64,000 nt of DNA. It comes from Candidatus Woesearchaeota archaeon. Its GTDB lineage: Archaea > Nanobdellota > Nanobdellia > Woesearchaeales > DATGWN01. Of this stretch, positions 10,080 to 18,881 are shown in pieces. The position numbers and the translations under genes were made by a program. Every line of letters starts with the position of its first letter. Within the stretch, counting starts at the first letter, position 1. The stretch lies in assembly GCA_047603125.1 (NCBI GenBank), contig JBLKOU010000001.1, positions 8,171 through 72,170 of the forward strand, given 5' to 3'. The notes under the pieces are model-generated. The model ran no database searches. It was not told where the DNA came from and was given only the letters and a program-made list of their open reading frames with translations.

Positions 10080-11303
10080 TTAATTAATAACAACAATCCC
10101 TACGCGGGAGTCTTGTGCTTTGAGTTTGGTTTCTCGACCAACTGTAAACTTCGCACGTGTTTTTTCTGCTGCTTTTACTAATTGACTCGTAATTTCTCCA
10201 TCAACAATAACTGCATGCACACCACCTTCAAGTCCTTCAATTGTCGATGTTGCTTCCGTGAGTGGCACTTTGCCGAGGATATTCATTTGTTCGTCCAAGA
10301 TGAGTGCTGCGTGTGAACCAACAAGGTCTTCAAGCATTGAGTTAAAGAGTTCCATCTCTTGATCATTTGCTTTTGGTGCGCGAACTGTTCGTTTTTGTGT
10401 GCTTTGTGTATTTTGATTGCGTTTATTATTTGTATTATTTTGTTGCGAATGACTTCGAAGTGAGTCTTTTGATGCAAGCTCTCCTTTCATCTGATCAGGA
10501 GTAACTTTTGCACGTAACGCTTTATGAATTTCTTTTTGCGTTAACTCTTCCACTTCTTTTCCATCGGGTGCTTTTGTGACAAAATCAATTTCTGTTACTG
10601 CAATTAATTCTTTAATATTGAGTAATCCTCCGCGGTCTCCATCAACAAAGACTGTAACTGTTTTTGTTTTACATAAATCAATGAGTGTTTGTGGAACTTT
10701 TGAACCATTCATTCCGATGACATTTTTGAATCCATATTTAAGAAGATGGACAACATCTGCGCGGCCTTCAACAACGATGATTTCATCACTCTCTGCAATG
10801 CCTGGGCCTGCAGGAAGCTTTTCACTTCCATATGTTGTAATTTCCATTGTTCGAACTGATTCAGCAACCGTATCTGCTAGTTCTTGCGAATCGGGCATGA
10901 TTGTATCGTTCATATTTTTCAATAATTCTTTTGCGCGCTCAACAATGTTTCGTCGCTTAGAAATTCGTACATCTTCAATTTTTTGTACGCGAATATGTGA
11001 ATTACATGGGCCTATGCGTTCAATAATTTCAAGTGCGGCAGCAACTATAACTGTTTCTGCTTTATCTAGTGATGAGGGGATAGTAATATCTCCTGTTGTT
11101 TTTCCTCCTTTTGATGTTGTTAACACTTCTATTCTTCCAATTCGACCGCTTCGTTGTAATTCTCGAAGCTCTAATTCTGAGCCTAAAAGACCTTCTGTTT
11201 GACCAAAGATTGCTCCGATAATATCGGGTCTATCTACGACCCCGTCAATTGTAATTGTTGCATGAACTATATATTTTCCTGAAATTGGACTAATTTTTGC
11301 CAT
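10080..11303 (-). CDS. dnaG: archaeal DnaG-type primase (TOPRIM domain)
   Basis: N-terminus MAKISPISGKYIVHATITIDGVVDRPDIIGAIFGQTEGLLG identical in pattern to archaeal DnaG; TOPRIM region EGRADV...DGDRGG. Confidence 0.9.
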   Translation of the reverse strand: MAKISPISGKYIVHATITIDGVVDRPDIIGAIFGQTEGLLGSELELRELQRSGRIGRIEVLTTSKGGKTTGDITIPSSLDKAETVIVAAALEIIERIGPCNSHIRVQKIEDVRISKRRNIVERAKELLKNMNDTIMPDSQELADTVAESVRTMEITTYGSEKLPAGPGIAESDEIIVVEGRADVVHLLKYGFKNVIGMNGSKVPQTLIDLCKTKTVTVFVDGDRGGLLNIKELIAVTEIDFVTKAPDGKEVEELTQKEIHKALRAKVTPDQMKGELASKDSLRSHSQQNNTNNKRNQNTQSTQKRTVRAPKANDQEMELFNSMLEDLVGSHAALILDEQMNILGKVPLTEATSTIEGLEGGVHAVIVDGEITSQLVKAAEKTRAKFTVGRETKLKAQDSRVGIVVIN

Positions 11304-11359
11304 TTTTTATTTCCTCCTTACTATTACAAGAACTTAAGAATGTGAATGAAAAGCTATGT

Positions 11360-11510
11360 AAAAATAGCCCGAAACACTAACCATGATGCGTCATAGCTGG
11401 GCATTACGCCTTTTGCTCTGTCAAGCACTCCCGTGTCGGGCTAGGTAGCGAGTGTGAATCTTAAGTGTGAATTGTAATAATGATAATCACTAGGTATGAC
11501 GCATCCTTTT
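11360..11510. other. structured intergenic element with two interleaved long-range complementary pairs (candidate ncRNA or regulatory structure)
   Basis: GCCCGAAACAC (11367-11377) pairs with GTGTCGGGC (11433-11441); GATGCGTCAT (11385-11394) pairs with ATGACGCATC (11496-11505); tandem GTGTGAAT motifs; lies between dnaG start and PPIase stop. Confidence 0.25.
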
Positions 11511-11573
11511 ATAAAGTTTATTATTTTAAACGTGGTGATTTCTAGTGATTATTTCTCGTTTTCTCGACGAGAA

Positions 11574-12578
11574 CTATCGGTATTCAATCACTGCTGCGTC
11601 AATAATACCTGCCACATATGCAGGAGCAAGGGACTGGAATTGAATTTGTCGGATATTTTCTTCAAGTGCTCCCCGAGTCTGATCGAATGTGAGTGTTTGT
11701 GCTTCTTGTCGATCGTATACTGCAATAATATGGTAGCCAAATGGTGTACTAACGGGGCCGATAATTTCTCCAATTTCTGTGGCAAATGCTGCCTGTTCGA
11801 ATTCAGCAACAGTAAGACCGCGAGTAACAGGACCTAAATCTCCGCCAAATTGTGCAGAATTTTGATCAAAGGAGTATTCTTGGGCAAATTGCGCAAAATT
11901 TTCCAGTGTAATTTGTTCATAGATATTTTGTGTCAATGTCAATGCCTGCCCTTGTGTAAGTTCACTTTGACATTGCTGGGATTGTTCATGACAGATAAGA
12001 ATGTGTGCTGCATAAACTGCTTCAGGAACAGAGAGGATTTGCTGGTTTGTCTGTTCATCAAATTCGATATTGTCGAGTGTTGAAAATAATTCTTGGAGTT
12101 GTTGCTCTTGAACTGGAATGTTTTGATAAACAGCGAAGTCTAAGAATGCTTCAATATATAATTCGTCCGTTATTCGCTTTGCAAAAATTTGCTCGAAGCG
12201 ATCTTGTGTGAGTCCGGACTGTTCAATTCGTTGTATATATTGCTCACTTGTTAATGTCTGTTCTAGTTGTGCTATTGAATCGCTAATAATTTGGTCAACA
12301 CGTGTTTGATTGAGCGTAACCTCGTTTTTCTTTGCTAAATTGACTAACAATGTTCTGTGTGCTAAGTCTTGTTGTATTTGTTCAAATGTCACATTAGGCT
12401 CGAGTACTTGTGCTTGTGCAAATACTGTTTGCAGTTCTTGTTGTGAGATTCTGTATGTCTGATCTCCGGTGTGAATGATAATTGCAGATCGATCTTGTAC
12501 AACAAATACGATCACAAAAGCGAGTAGTATAACCATTGCGATGGTAAAGAGTGCTTTATTTTGTTTGATTACTTTCAT
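11574..12578 (-). CDS. membrane-anchored PpiC/parvulin-type peptidyl-prolyl isomerase (PrsA/SurA-like)
   Basis: N-terminal TM anchor; parvulin motifs GGDLGPVTRGLTVAEFEQAAF and FGYHII. Confidence 0.75.
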   Translation of the reverse strand: MKVIKQNKALFTIAMVILLAFVIVFVVQDRSAIIIHTGDQTYRISQQELQTVFAQAQVLEPNVTFEQIQQDLAHRTLLVNLAKKNEVTLNQTRVDQIISDSIAQLEQTLTSEQYIQRIEQSGLTQDRFEQIFAKRITDELYIEAFLDFAVYQNIPVQEQQLQELFSTLDNIEFDEQTNQQILSVPEAVYAAHILICHEQSQQCQSELTQGQALTLTQNIYEQITLENFAQFAQEYSFDQNSAQFGGDLGPVTRGLTVAEFEQAAFATEIGEIIGPVSTPFGYHIIAVYDRQEAQTLTFDQTRGALEENIRQIQFQSLAPAYVAGIIDAAVIEYR

Positions 12579-12655
12579 AGTGTCAAACCCCTTAAGTGCT
12601 TCTTTTTCCTTTCTGATTTAAATGTTTTATTACAGGGGCTTCTTTCAATTTTTTT

Positions 12656-12700
12656 AAAAGAGCATGCAGATTTGGCTTAAGAGTCTCGCTTTGAGAATAT
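12656..12700 (+). repeat. repeat family A copy A1 (5' inverted-repeat module only: AAAAGAGCAYGCAGA..TCCCGCTTTGAGA)
   Basis: Matches the first 45 nt of copies at 15302, 31626 and the reverse complement of 26098-26141. Confidence 0.7.
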
Positions 12701-12749
12701 CATCCAACCGGGTTTGTGTAAAAAATCGAATTTTTATTTTACAGCAATA

Positions 12750-12860
12750 TTACGATTAATTCGGACTCGCGTATCTTGCCGACGAGGCGCTGCATAAATC
12801 GCGCCATGTCGTAATGAAGCATCAAGGTAATATTGCTTATCTCTTTTAATTTTTACACAA
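12750..12860. repeat. repeat family C module C1 (palindrome-rich, ends ..CAAGGTAATATTGCTTATCTCTTTTAATTTTT)
   Basis: Related to 40600-40730 and 42700-42850 (GCGCCAAGGnnTTATnnTTTTnTTTTG.CGCTAACTAA). Confidence 0.45.
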
Positions 12861-12923
12861 AGCCCATCCAACCATAAGGTTTATAAAGTCGTATTCCTGA
12901 AAAGGGTAAAAAGGGGGATTTTT

Positions 12924-14045
12924 ATGTTTAAAAAAGAACTAATTAACGTATTGTTTCTACTATTATTAGTAGTGTTAGCTTTCTGGTATTTCGGGGAAGT
13001 TAATGTCGATGATCAAGGACGTGCAATTTCTGCATATGACCCTTTTGGTCAACCAATGAAGACAGAATCGGTGTTTAGCGCTGTGTTTTTAATACCGATT
13101 CTTGCAGTGCTCTTATATACATTTATTATATTTCTTTCAGAAATTGCTGTACATAAACCGCACCTCGATAGATTTTTTGCAAAATTCTTTAGCTTTAAGC
13201 TTATTGTAATCTTTTTGTTCTTTGCAGTCTATTTATCAAAAATATTTGCAAATCAGCAAATGCTCTATATGGAACAATGGATCTTAATTCCAGCAGTAGC
13301 AATTGGATTTTGGTATGTAGGTCATATGTTTGAGCATTTGAAAGGAGATTATTTTGCACCATGGATTCGAAACCGAAGTCAACTTTGGGAAGACACACAT
13401 ATTATTGGTGAATGGTTGTTTAAAATTTGTGCAATTTTAATTTTGTTTGCGCTCTTTGTACCAGATCTCTTATTCGTGTTCTTAGTTGTACCACTTGTTG
13501 CTGTTTTGTTAATGATTTTTGTGTACAGTTTTGTTATTTTTTCAAAAGAACATGCACATCATAAACATCATGAAGAAGTGATGAAGCTAATTCATAAGTC
13601 GCATGATTCATCAACACATCATGTTGTTTCAAAAGCTGCAACGCCTCAAACTGTTGTTGAGCCTGAACCAAAAGTTGCTGTAAAAAAAGCAGCGAAGAAG
13701 GCAAAAAAGACACGCAAAAAGGCTGCAAAGAAAAAAACGACAAAGAAAAAGAAAACAACACGTAAAAAAGCGGTGACAAAAAAAGCAGCTGCAAAGCGTA
13801 CTACAAAGGCTGCGAAAAAAACTGCGAAAAAATCTTCTACGACTAAAAAAGCAAAGACGCGCAAAAAGGCTGCCAAAAAAACAACTGCAAAACGTTCGAC
13901 AAAGGTTGCAAAAAAAGCAGTGAAAAAAGCGTCTGTGCAAAAGAAGCGTACGTCAAAAAAAGCAAAAAAGGCTGTAACAAAAAAAGCAGCGAAAAAGCAA
14001 ACGAAAAAACGTGTTACAAAAAAAGCCGTTAAGAAACGGCGGTAA
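12924..14045 (+). CDS. polytopic membrane protein with histone-H1-like lysine/alanine-rich C-terminal tail
   Basis: GGGGG SD; ~6 TM helices then ~140 aa of KKAAKKTxKK repeats. Confidence 0.6.
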   Translation: MFKKELINVLFLLLLVVLAFWYFGEVNVDDQGRAISAYDPFGQPMKTESVFSAVFLIPILAVLLYTFIIFLSEIAVHKPHLDRFFAKFFSFKLIVIFLFFAVYLSKIFANQQMLYMEQWILIPAVAIGFWYVGHMFEHLKGDYFAPWIRNRSQLWEDTHIIGEWLFKICAILILFALFVPDLLFVFLVVPLVAVLLMIFVYSFVIFSKEHAHHKHHEEVMKLIHKSHDSSTHHVVSKAATPQTVVEPEPKVAVKKAAKKAKKTRKKAAKKKTTKKKKTTRKKAVTKKAAAKRTTKAAKKTAKKSSTTKKAKTRKKAAKKTTAKRSTKVAKKAVKKASVQKKRTSKKAKKAVTKKAAKKQTKKRVTKKAVKKRR

Positions 14046-14331
14046 TTTTTTTTGCAAAAACCATATTATTATTTTTTGTTCCCACAATATGAACCCGAGT
14101 ATGGTTCATATAAAGTGGTTTTCTTATATAAATCTGTGTTTGTGTTTCTTGCATGACTTGAATGATTGTTGAACCATCTTCGCGAACAGTACTATCTATG
14201 ATTGTTGCATAAAAGGATGTATCTTCATGTGTGAGAATGGCTTCTGTTTGTGGGTGTTTGAGTGTGGTGAGTAAGAGTAAACTGAGAATAAAAAAGGTCA
14301 GACTGAGTTTTATGAGTGTTTTTTCATCCAT
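14029..14331 (-). CDS. hypothetical membrane-anchored/exported protein
   Basis: 100 aa with N-terminal hydrophobic segment. Confidence 0.35.
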   Translation of the reverse strand: MDEKTLIKLSLTFFILSLLLLTTLKHPQTEAILTHEDTSFYATIIDSTVREDGSTIIQVMQETQTQIYIRKPLYMNHTRVHIVGTKNNNMVFAKKITAVS

Positions 14332-14388
14332 GTAATTTGTGAATGTTTTTGGGTTTAAATAAATAAAGAGAAAAAAAGTGAAAACTTT

Positions 14389-14988
14389 TCAAGAAAGTTG
14401 TTCATTTACAAATTCCCAGTTAATGCGTGTGAGAATTTGTTTGAGGTATTCTGGACGTTTGTTTTGATATGTCAGGTAATATGCATGTTCCCAAACATCG
14501 ATGCCAAGTAATGGCTTCTTTCCTTGGCTTAGAGGAGTATCTTGATTTGGTGTTGAGATAATTTCAAGAGAACCATCGCTATTTTGAACAAGCCATGCCC
14601 ATCCTGAACCAAAGCGTGTAAGTGCTGCGTTAGTTAATTCTTTTTCAAATGCATCATAAGAGCCAAATGTTTGTTCGATGAGTGTGGCAATTTTTCCTTT
14701 ACATTCCTGTTTTTGTGGGCTGAGCATTTGCCAGAAAAGTGTGTGATTATAATGTCCGCCACCATTGTTTTGTACGGCTGTTTTTATGCTATCTGGTAGA
14801 GTTTCTAAATTCTTTAAAAGTTCTTGTATATCTTTTTCAACCAAATCTGGATGGTCTTTAATTGCGTCATTGAGCTTATCAATATAGGTTTGGTGATGCT
14901 TTGTATGGTGAATGCGCATCGTTTTCTCGTCGATAACTGGTTCGAGTGCGTTGTATTCATATGCTAATGATGGTAGTGTGTGTATCAT
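14389..14988 (-). CDS. sod: Fe/Mn superoxide dismutase
   Basis: HHTKHHQTYIDKLN and DVWEHAYYL signatures; start moved to ATG 14988 (MIHTLPSLAYEYNALEP). Confidence 0.9.
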   Translation of the reverse strand: MIHTLPSLAYEYNALEPVIDEKTMRIHHTKHHQTYIDKLNDAIKDHPDLVEKDIQELLKNLETLPDSIKTAVQNNGGGHYNHTLFWQMLSPQKQECKGKIATLIEQTFGSYDAFEKELTNAALTRFGSGWAWLVQNSDGSLEIISTPNQDTPLSQGKKPLLGIDVWEHAYYLTYQNKRPEYLKQILTRINWEFVNEQLS

Positions 14989-15043
14989 AGGGATGTGTAT
15001 GTTTTCATCTTTTAAAAAATTAGTGAAGGTTTGATTTTTCTTT

Positions 15044-15225
15044 ATTGAGAGTTTCGCGGGTATAATACCCCGGACTTTAGTCCGCAAACTCTCAATTCAA
15101 AAGTTCGCGATTAGGTGAGAAGCGTAATACCCCGTCCCTTTAGGGCGGGGATACCTAGAAAAATTCCTAGTTTTCTGGGTTTGAAAAACTTGTGTTTTTC
15201 AATTAGCTTCGAGCAGCGAACTTTT
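15044..15225. other. inverted-repeat-rich structured intergenic region (three local hairpins closed by a 10-bp long-range helix)
   Basis: IR 15044-15059/15082-15096; GC-rich hairpin 15130-15150; AU hairpin 15181-15202; AAAAGTTCGC (15099-15108) pairs with GCGAACTTTT (15216-15225). Confidence 0.3.
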
Positions 15226-15301
15226 GTTATTCTAGTCGAGAGTGCCATATATCTTTGTTTGAAAGCTATTTTTACTTGTTTTATGTAATAATTATTTTTT
15301 T

Positions 15302-15409
15302 AAAAGAGCACGCAGATTTTGCTCAAGAGTCCCGCTTTGAGATTTGTGCGAAAATTCGTCTGCAAACAATCGCCAAATTTTCTGATTTTACTGCAAGGTG
15401 CTCTTTTTT
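15302..15409 (+). repeat. repeat family A copy A2 (complete short form, ~108 nt, terminal inverted repeats AAAAGAGCACGCAG / CTGCAAGGTGCTCTTTT)
   Basis: Near-identical to 31626-31732; TIRs are reverse complements. Confidence 0.8.
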
Positions 15410-15474
15410 CTTATTCCTTGGACGGGGTTTTCTTTAGCAAAACATTTTAAAAGGGTAAATCTCTCAAGAATGCT

Positions 15475-16503
15475 ATGTGGTATCAAACTTTAGGGTTTTC
15501 TTCGTATCCTTTGGATCCAAGAAGTAATCCCAATTTAATTGGCGTTTCTGATAAGGAAGAAGAGCTTGTAAATTATATTCGCTCAGGAACAATGTGCCTA
15601 CTTTCTGGCTTTACAGGAAGTGGGAAGACGAGTATGCTTGAACGGGTATCGAAGAGAAAAGATTTGTCCCAGTTTCGATTTATTTTTATATCTGCAGACG
15701 GCGTGAAAAAAAATTATGATATTCAGGATGCTATTAAGGAAGCGCGCTCCTTTGTTGATCTGATTACTTTTAAAAAACCGCGAAATATTGTTGTACTTTT
15801 GGATGAATCACACCTTGCGAACAGAATATTAACTGAGTCGATTAAGAGTAAATGGAATTACATTTATCCAGATGGAACAAAGATGATTCAATCCGTTGTT
15901 GTTTCTCAAATTGAATCGCAATTAGGGACGAATTTCTCAGGTTCATTTGTTGACCGATTAGGAAAGCGTGTTGTTAAAATGCGCCGGCTCACACATGAGG
16001 AGTTACAAGAAGTTTTGCGTTTGCGGTTAGATAATGGCAAGCAAAATTATATTGATTATTTTGCAAAGTCAGGTTTGAATTTTCTTTGCACAAGTGCAGA
16101 TGGTTCCGTTCGTCAATTATTAGAGTATACTGATGTATTATTTCGAAAACTTGTTGAAATGGATGCATTTGCAAAAGATGATTTTGAAATTGATAAACCT
16201 GTTGTATTTAATTTGTTACAAGCAAGTGGGCTTGTCAGCGAGCAAAAACCGAAATTCAACAAAGGACAATTTGACAAGGTCTTAGCAAATAAGCGGTATA
16301 TGGCAGCAGTTGAAATGTTTGAGCAGTTTGGTGCATTAAGTTGTGTTACACTGGCAGAAAAGCTGGATGTGACAAAACAAACGGCACAAAAACTCTTGCG
16401 TGAGCTCAAGCAAAAAGAAGTTATTTTGCAATCACATATTGAAGATGGGGAAGAGTGCTTTGTGTTGACACCTCGTGTGAAACATGAATTGGTACGACAA
16501 TGA
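15475..16503 (+). CDS. AAA+ ATPase with C-terminal winged-helix domain (divergent Orc1/Cdc6-like?)
   Basis: Walker A GFTGSGKTS, Walker B VVLLDES, C-terminal wHTH; Orc1/Cdc6 assignment is inference. Confidence 0.55.
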   Translation: MWYQTLGFSSYPLDPRSNPNLIGVSDKEEELVNYIRSGTMCLLSGFTGSGKTSMLERVSKRKDLSQFRFIFISADGVKKNYDIQDAIKEARSFVDLITFKKPRNIVVLLDESHLANRILTESIKSKWNYIYPDGTKMIQSVVVSQIESQLGTNFSGSFVDRLGKRVVKMRRLTHEELQEVLRLRLDNGKQNYIDYFAKSGLNFLCTSADGSVRQLLEYTDVLFRKLVEMDAFAKDDFEIDKPVVFNLLQASGLVSEQKPKFNKGQFDKVLANKRYMAAVEMFEQFGALSCVTLAEKLDVTKQTAQKLLRELKQKEVILQSHIEDGEECFVLTPRVKHELVRQ

Positions 16504-16850
16504 TTAGTGTTTGGATTATACTTGCAAGTTTGTATATATTATTTGGTTATGCGTGGTATTTCTGGTTGTTTCGCATACAAAAAAAGAAAACGCTCGAGCA
16601 GGTTGTTGTTCTAGCTGTTTCTGGACTGCTGGTGAGTGGTTTTTTAGTTATGAGTTATATATTCTTGCAAATTACTGATGCGCTTTTTGGGGCGCTTTTA
16701 GCATTTGTCGTGGCAATGTTTTTATTTGGCTTTCCATTTCGTGTTGTGAGTGCATTTTCAAACAGGCCAATCTGGTGGTATTTTTCTCATCTGGGGTTTT
16801 TTGTTATTACTTTTACAATCCTCGGTGGCCTGTGTGGGTTATTATTGTAG
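16500..16850 (+). CDS. membrane protein (3-4 TM), hypothetical
   Basis: ATGA overlap with upstream gene; hydrophobic. Confidence 0.4.
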   Translation: MISVWIILASLYILFGYAWYFWLFRIQKKKTLEQVVVLAVSGLLVSGFLVMSYIFLQITDALFGALLAFVVAMFLFGFPFRVVSAFSNRPIWWYFSHLGFFVITFTILGGLCGLLL

Positions 16851-16916
16851 TGTTTTCTTTGAAAAGCTGAGGAAATTTTTGTAAAATTTATAAACACTGA
16901 ACGTTTTCACACATTC

Positions 16917-17558
16917 ATGCGATATTCAATACAACGATCCAAAGTGGATCAAGAAAAGAAGCGACAAAAACGCCTTGTTGTTGTTGCGATTTTAATTATA
17001 GTGATGATGCTTTTTTCCATTTTCGCCTACGTAGGATTCTATGTGGTTGATGGTGGCGTGGGTGGTGCACAAACTATCCAAGATTCTGGTCTCACATTTC
17101 GTTCAGGAATGATGGGTGATCAATTTGTGTACCAAGCGCAAATAAATAGGGAACAGTACCTTTTTTCCTTGCTTCCAAGTGAGTTAGAAGCATATCCGGT
17201 TCCGGCTGAAGTTCGCGCTCGATTAGCTCAAGAGTCGGCATTTATTCTTGCACTTCAGCCTGAATTACTGACTGATCCACAAGTACAGCTGAGCATTGGC
17301 TTATTTGATCAATCCATGGGACAAATTGTCGTGGATTATGCGCTGACAAATCAAAGTGATATTTTTGATGAGCAAATTCCTATAGTGACTTGTCAAGATA
17401 CTGAGCAATTTGTTGTGCAATTACAACAAGGTCCTGAAAATGGTTTTTTTCTGGACGGAGATTGTTTGACAATTCAAGCTATTAGCTCGTTTGATGTTCG
17501 GTATTTATTTCATGCACTCTCTTACACACATTTAGGAGTATTACCTTATGAGCAGTAA
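16917..17558 (+). CDS. hypothetical membrane-anchored protein
   Basis: N-terminal TM after basic stretch. Confidence 0.4.
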   Translation: MRYSIQRSKVDQEKKRQKRLVVVAILIIVMMLFSIFAYVGFYVVDGGVGGAQTIQDSGLTFRSGMMGDQFVYQAQINREQYLFSLLPSELEAYPVPAEVRARLAQESAFILALQPELLTDPQVQLSIGLFDQSMGQIVVDYALTNQSDIFDEQIPIVTCQDTEQFVVQLQQGPENGFFLDGDCLTIQAISSFDVRYLFHALSYTHLGVLPYEQ

Positions 17559-18276
17559 AAAAAAGACAGAAAAAGACGTGACGTCGGATTCAAGTGATTC
17601 CATTGATGAACAAGTTGAGCAGGTTGAAAAACTTCGTGATGAAATTGATACAAATAATTATGCTCTTTTTGTTCTTATAGGCTTTTTAATATTAATACTG
17701 GGGATTTTTTTTGGCATTGGGCTGTATTTGCAATCAAGTCCAACACCTCACTATGTGGATATAGAACGCTATAATGATTTTGTGTTTTACAAAGATCAGG
17801 CAGGTGGCTGGGAAGTTGAAATTTACAAGGAAGATCAGCCTTATCACATATCGTTTTTTTTCTCGCCAAGCCAGGTTGAAAATATTTCACTTGATCCACT
17901 TGCGTACAGAGAGTTTTATTTACGCGATACTATCTATATTGCAATTGATCCACAGCTTCACGAGTATGACTTAATGCCTTCGGCAGCCTCAGCGAGTGTT
18001 GAGATTGGAAAAATTGTTGGGCAACGATATAATTTGCTCAATAAGAATACACCTGCCGCGCTCACACGACCGTACAGCAATGATTCAGATGTTCGCATTT
18101 TCAATTGCTCACAGATAACACCAACAACAGGTGTTGTAGAGTTTTTGTACGGAAATGAAACGCAAATTGATGTAGATGGCGGTTGTATTCAAATTCGAGC
18201 AAACTCAACTGCTGAGTTTCGTCGTGCTGCAACAAGGGTTGCATTTCAAATATTGGGAATCATGAGAGATGAGTGA
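17548..18276 (+). CDS. hypothetical membrane-anchored protein
   Basis: Overlaps upstream gene by 11 nt; acidic N-terminus then TM. Confidence 0.4.
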   Translation: MSSKKKTEKDVTSDSSDSIDEQVEQVEKLRDEIDTNNYALFVLIGFLILILGIFFGIGLYLQSSPTPHYVDIERYNDFVFYKDQAGGWEVEIYKEDQPYHISFFFSPSQVENISLDPLAYREFYLRDTIYIAIDPQLHEYDLMPSAASASVEIGKIVGQRYNLLNKNTPAALTRPYSNDSDVRIFNCSQITPTTGVVEFLYGNETQIDVDGGCIQIRANSTAEFRRAATRVAFQILGIMRDE

Positions 18277-18874
18277 TCATTATTATAGCCACGAACAACA
18301 AACTCCTATAGAAGAGACCACGTTTTCACATGTAATTGCTGGAAAAAAATTAACGATTACGACTGCAACGGGTCTATTCTCAAAAGAGCATGTGGATACG
18401 GGCTCTCAATTACTTTTAGAATATGCGCTCTTAAAACCGAATTGGCGAGTGCTTGATTTGGGTTGCGGGTATGGGATTGTTTCGTTAGGCGTGCTTTGTC
18501 GAGAACCGACATGCAAAGTCGTTGCAAGCGATATTACGCAACGTGCAGTCGAGTACACACAAAAAAATGCACAGCAAAATGGGCTTTCTCTTGTTGTCAA
18601 AAAAAGTGATGGTTTGGAAAATGTGGAACAAACCTTTGATACTATTTTACTGAATCCTCCCCAGTCTGCAGGTAAAGACGTTTGTGAGCGTCTCATACGA
18701 CAGGGTTATGAGCAGCTCGTTGTGGGCGGTATAATTCAAGTCGTTATACGAACAAAGAAAGGTGGTTCATCCATGCAGACTTTTTTACAGTCGCAATTTG
18801 GAAATGTACGTCCCATTGCTAAAAAAGGCGGGTTTAGAATTTTAGTAGCAAAAAAAGAAAAAAGTCACACCTAG
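18269..18874 (+). CDS. class I SAM-dependent methyltransferase, small MTase (RsmC/RlmG-type MTS domain)
   Basis: VLDLGCGYGIVSL SAM-binding motif I and ILLNPPQ (NPPQ) motif IV. Confidence 0.7.
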   Translation: MSDHYYSHEQQTPIEETTFSHVIAGKKLTITTATGLFSKEHVDTGSQLLLEYALLKPNWRVLDLGCGYGIVSLGVLCREPTCKVVASDITQRAVEYTQKNAQQNGLSLVVKKSDGLENVEQTFDTILLNPPQSAGKDVCERLIRQGYEQLVVGGIIQVVIRTKKGGSSMQTFLQSQFGNVRPIAKKGGFRILVAKKEKSHT

Positions 18875-18881
18875 GTGTGTT

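Noticed and set aside
10576-11202. 208-aa plus-strand ORF inside dnaG
   Set aside because: It is antisense to the highly conserved DnaG primase, is Ser/Thr/Pro-rich and has no motifs.
13629-13940. Antisense ORFs (103 aa and 76 aa, Phe/Cys-rich) inside the lysine-rich tail of 12924-14045
   Set aside because: These are a reverse-complement artefact of AAA/AAG-rich coding sequence (poly-Lys reads as poly-Phe).
14989-15087. 33-codon N-terminal extension of the SOD ORF
   Set aside because: The extension has no homology to SOD, which starts at conserved MIHTLPSLAYEY, and it runs into an inverted-repeat structure.
15255-15437. 60-aa ORF (MFESYFYLFYVIIIFLKEHADFAQESRFE...) and its twin 31585-31812 (…RKEHADLTQESRFEKY…)
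   Set aside because: Both ORFs are the in-frame read-through of repeat family A copies. The shared peptide arises because the DNA repeat is nearly identical, so they are not protein-coding.
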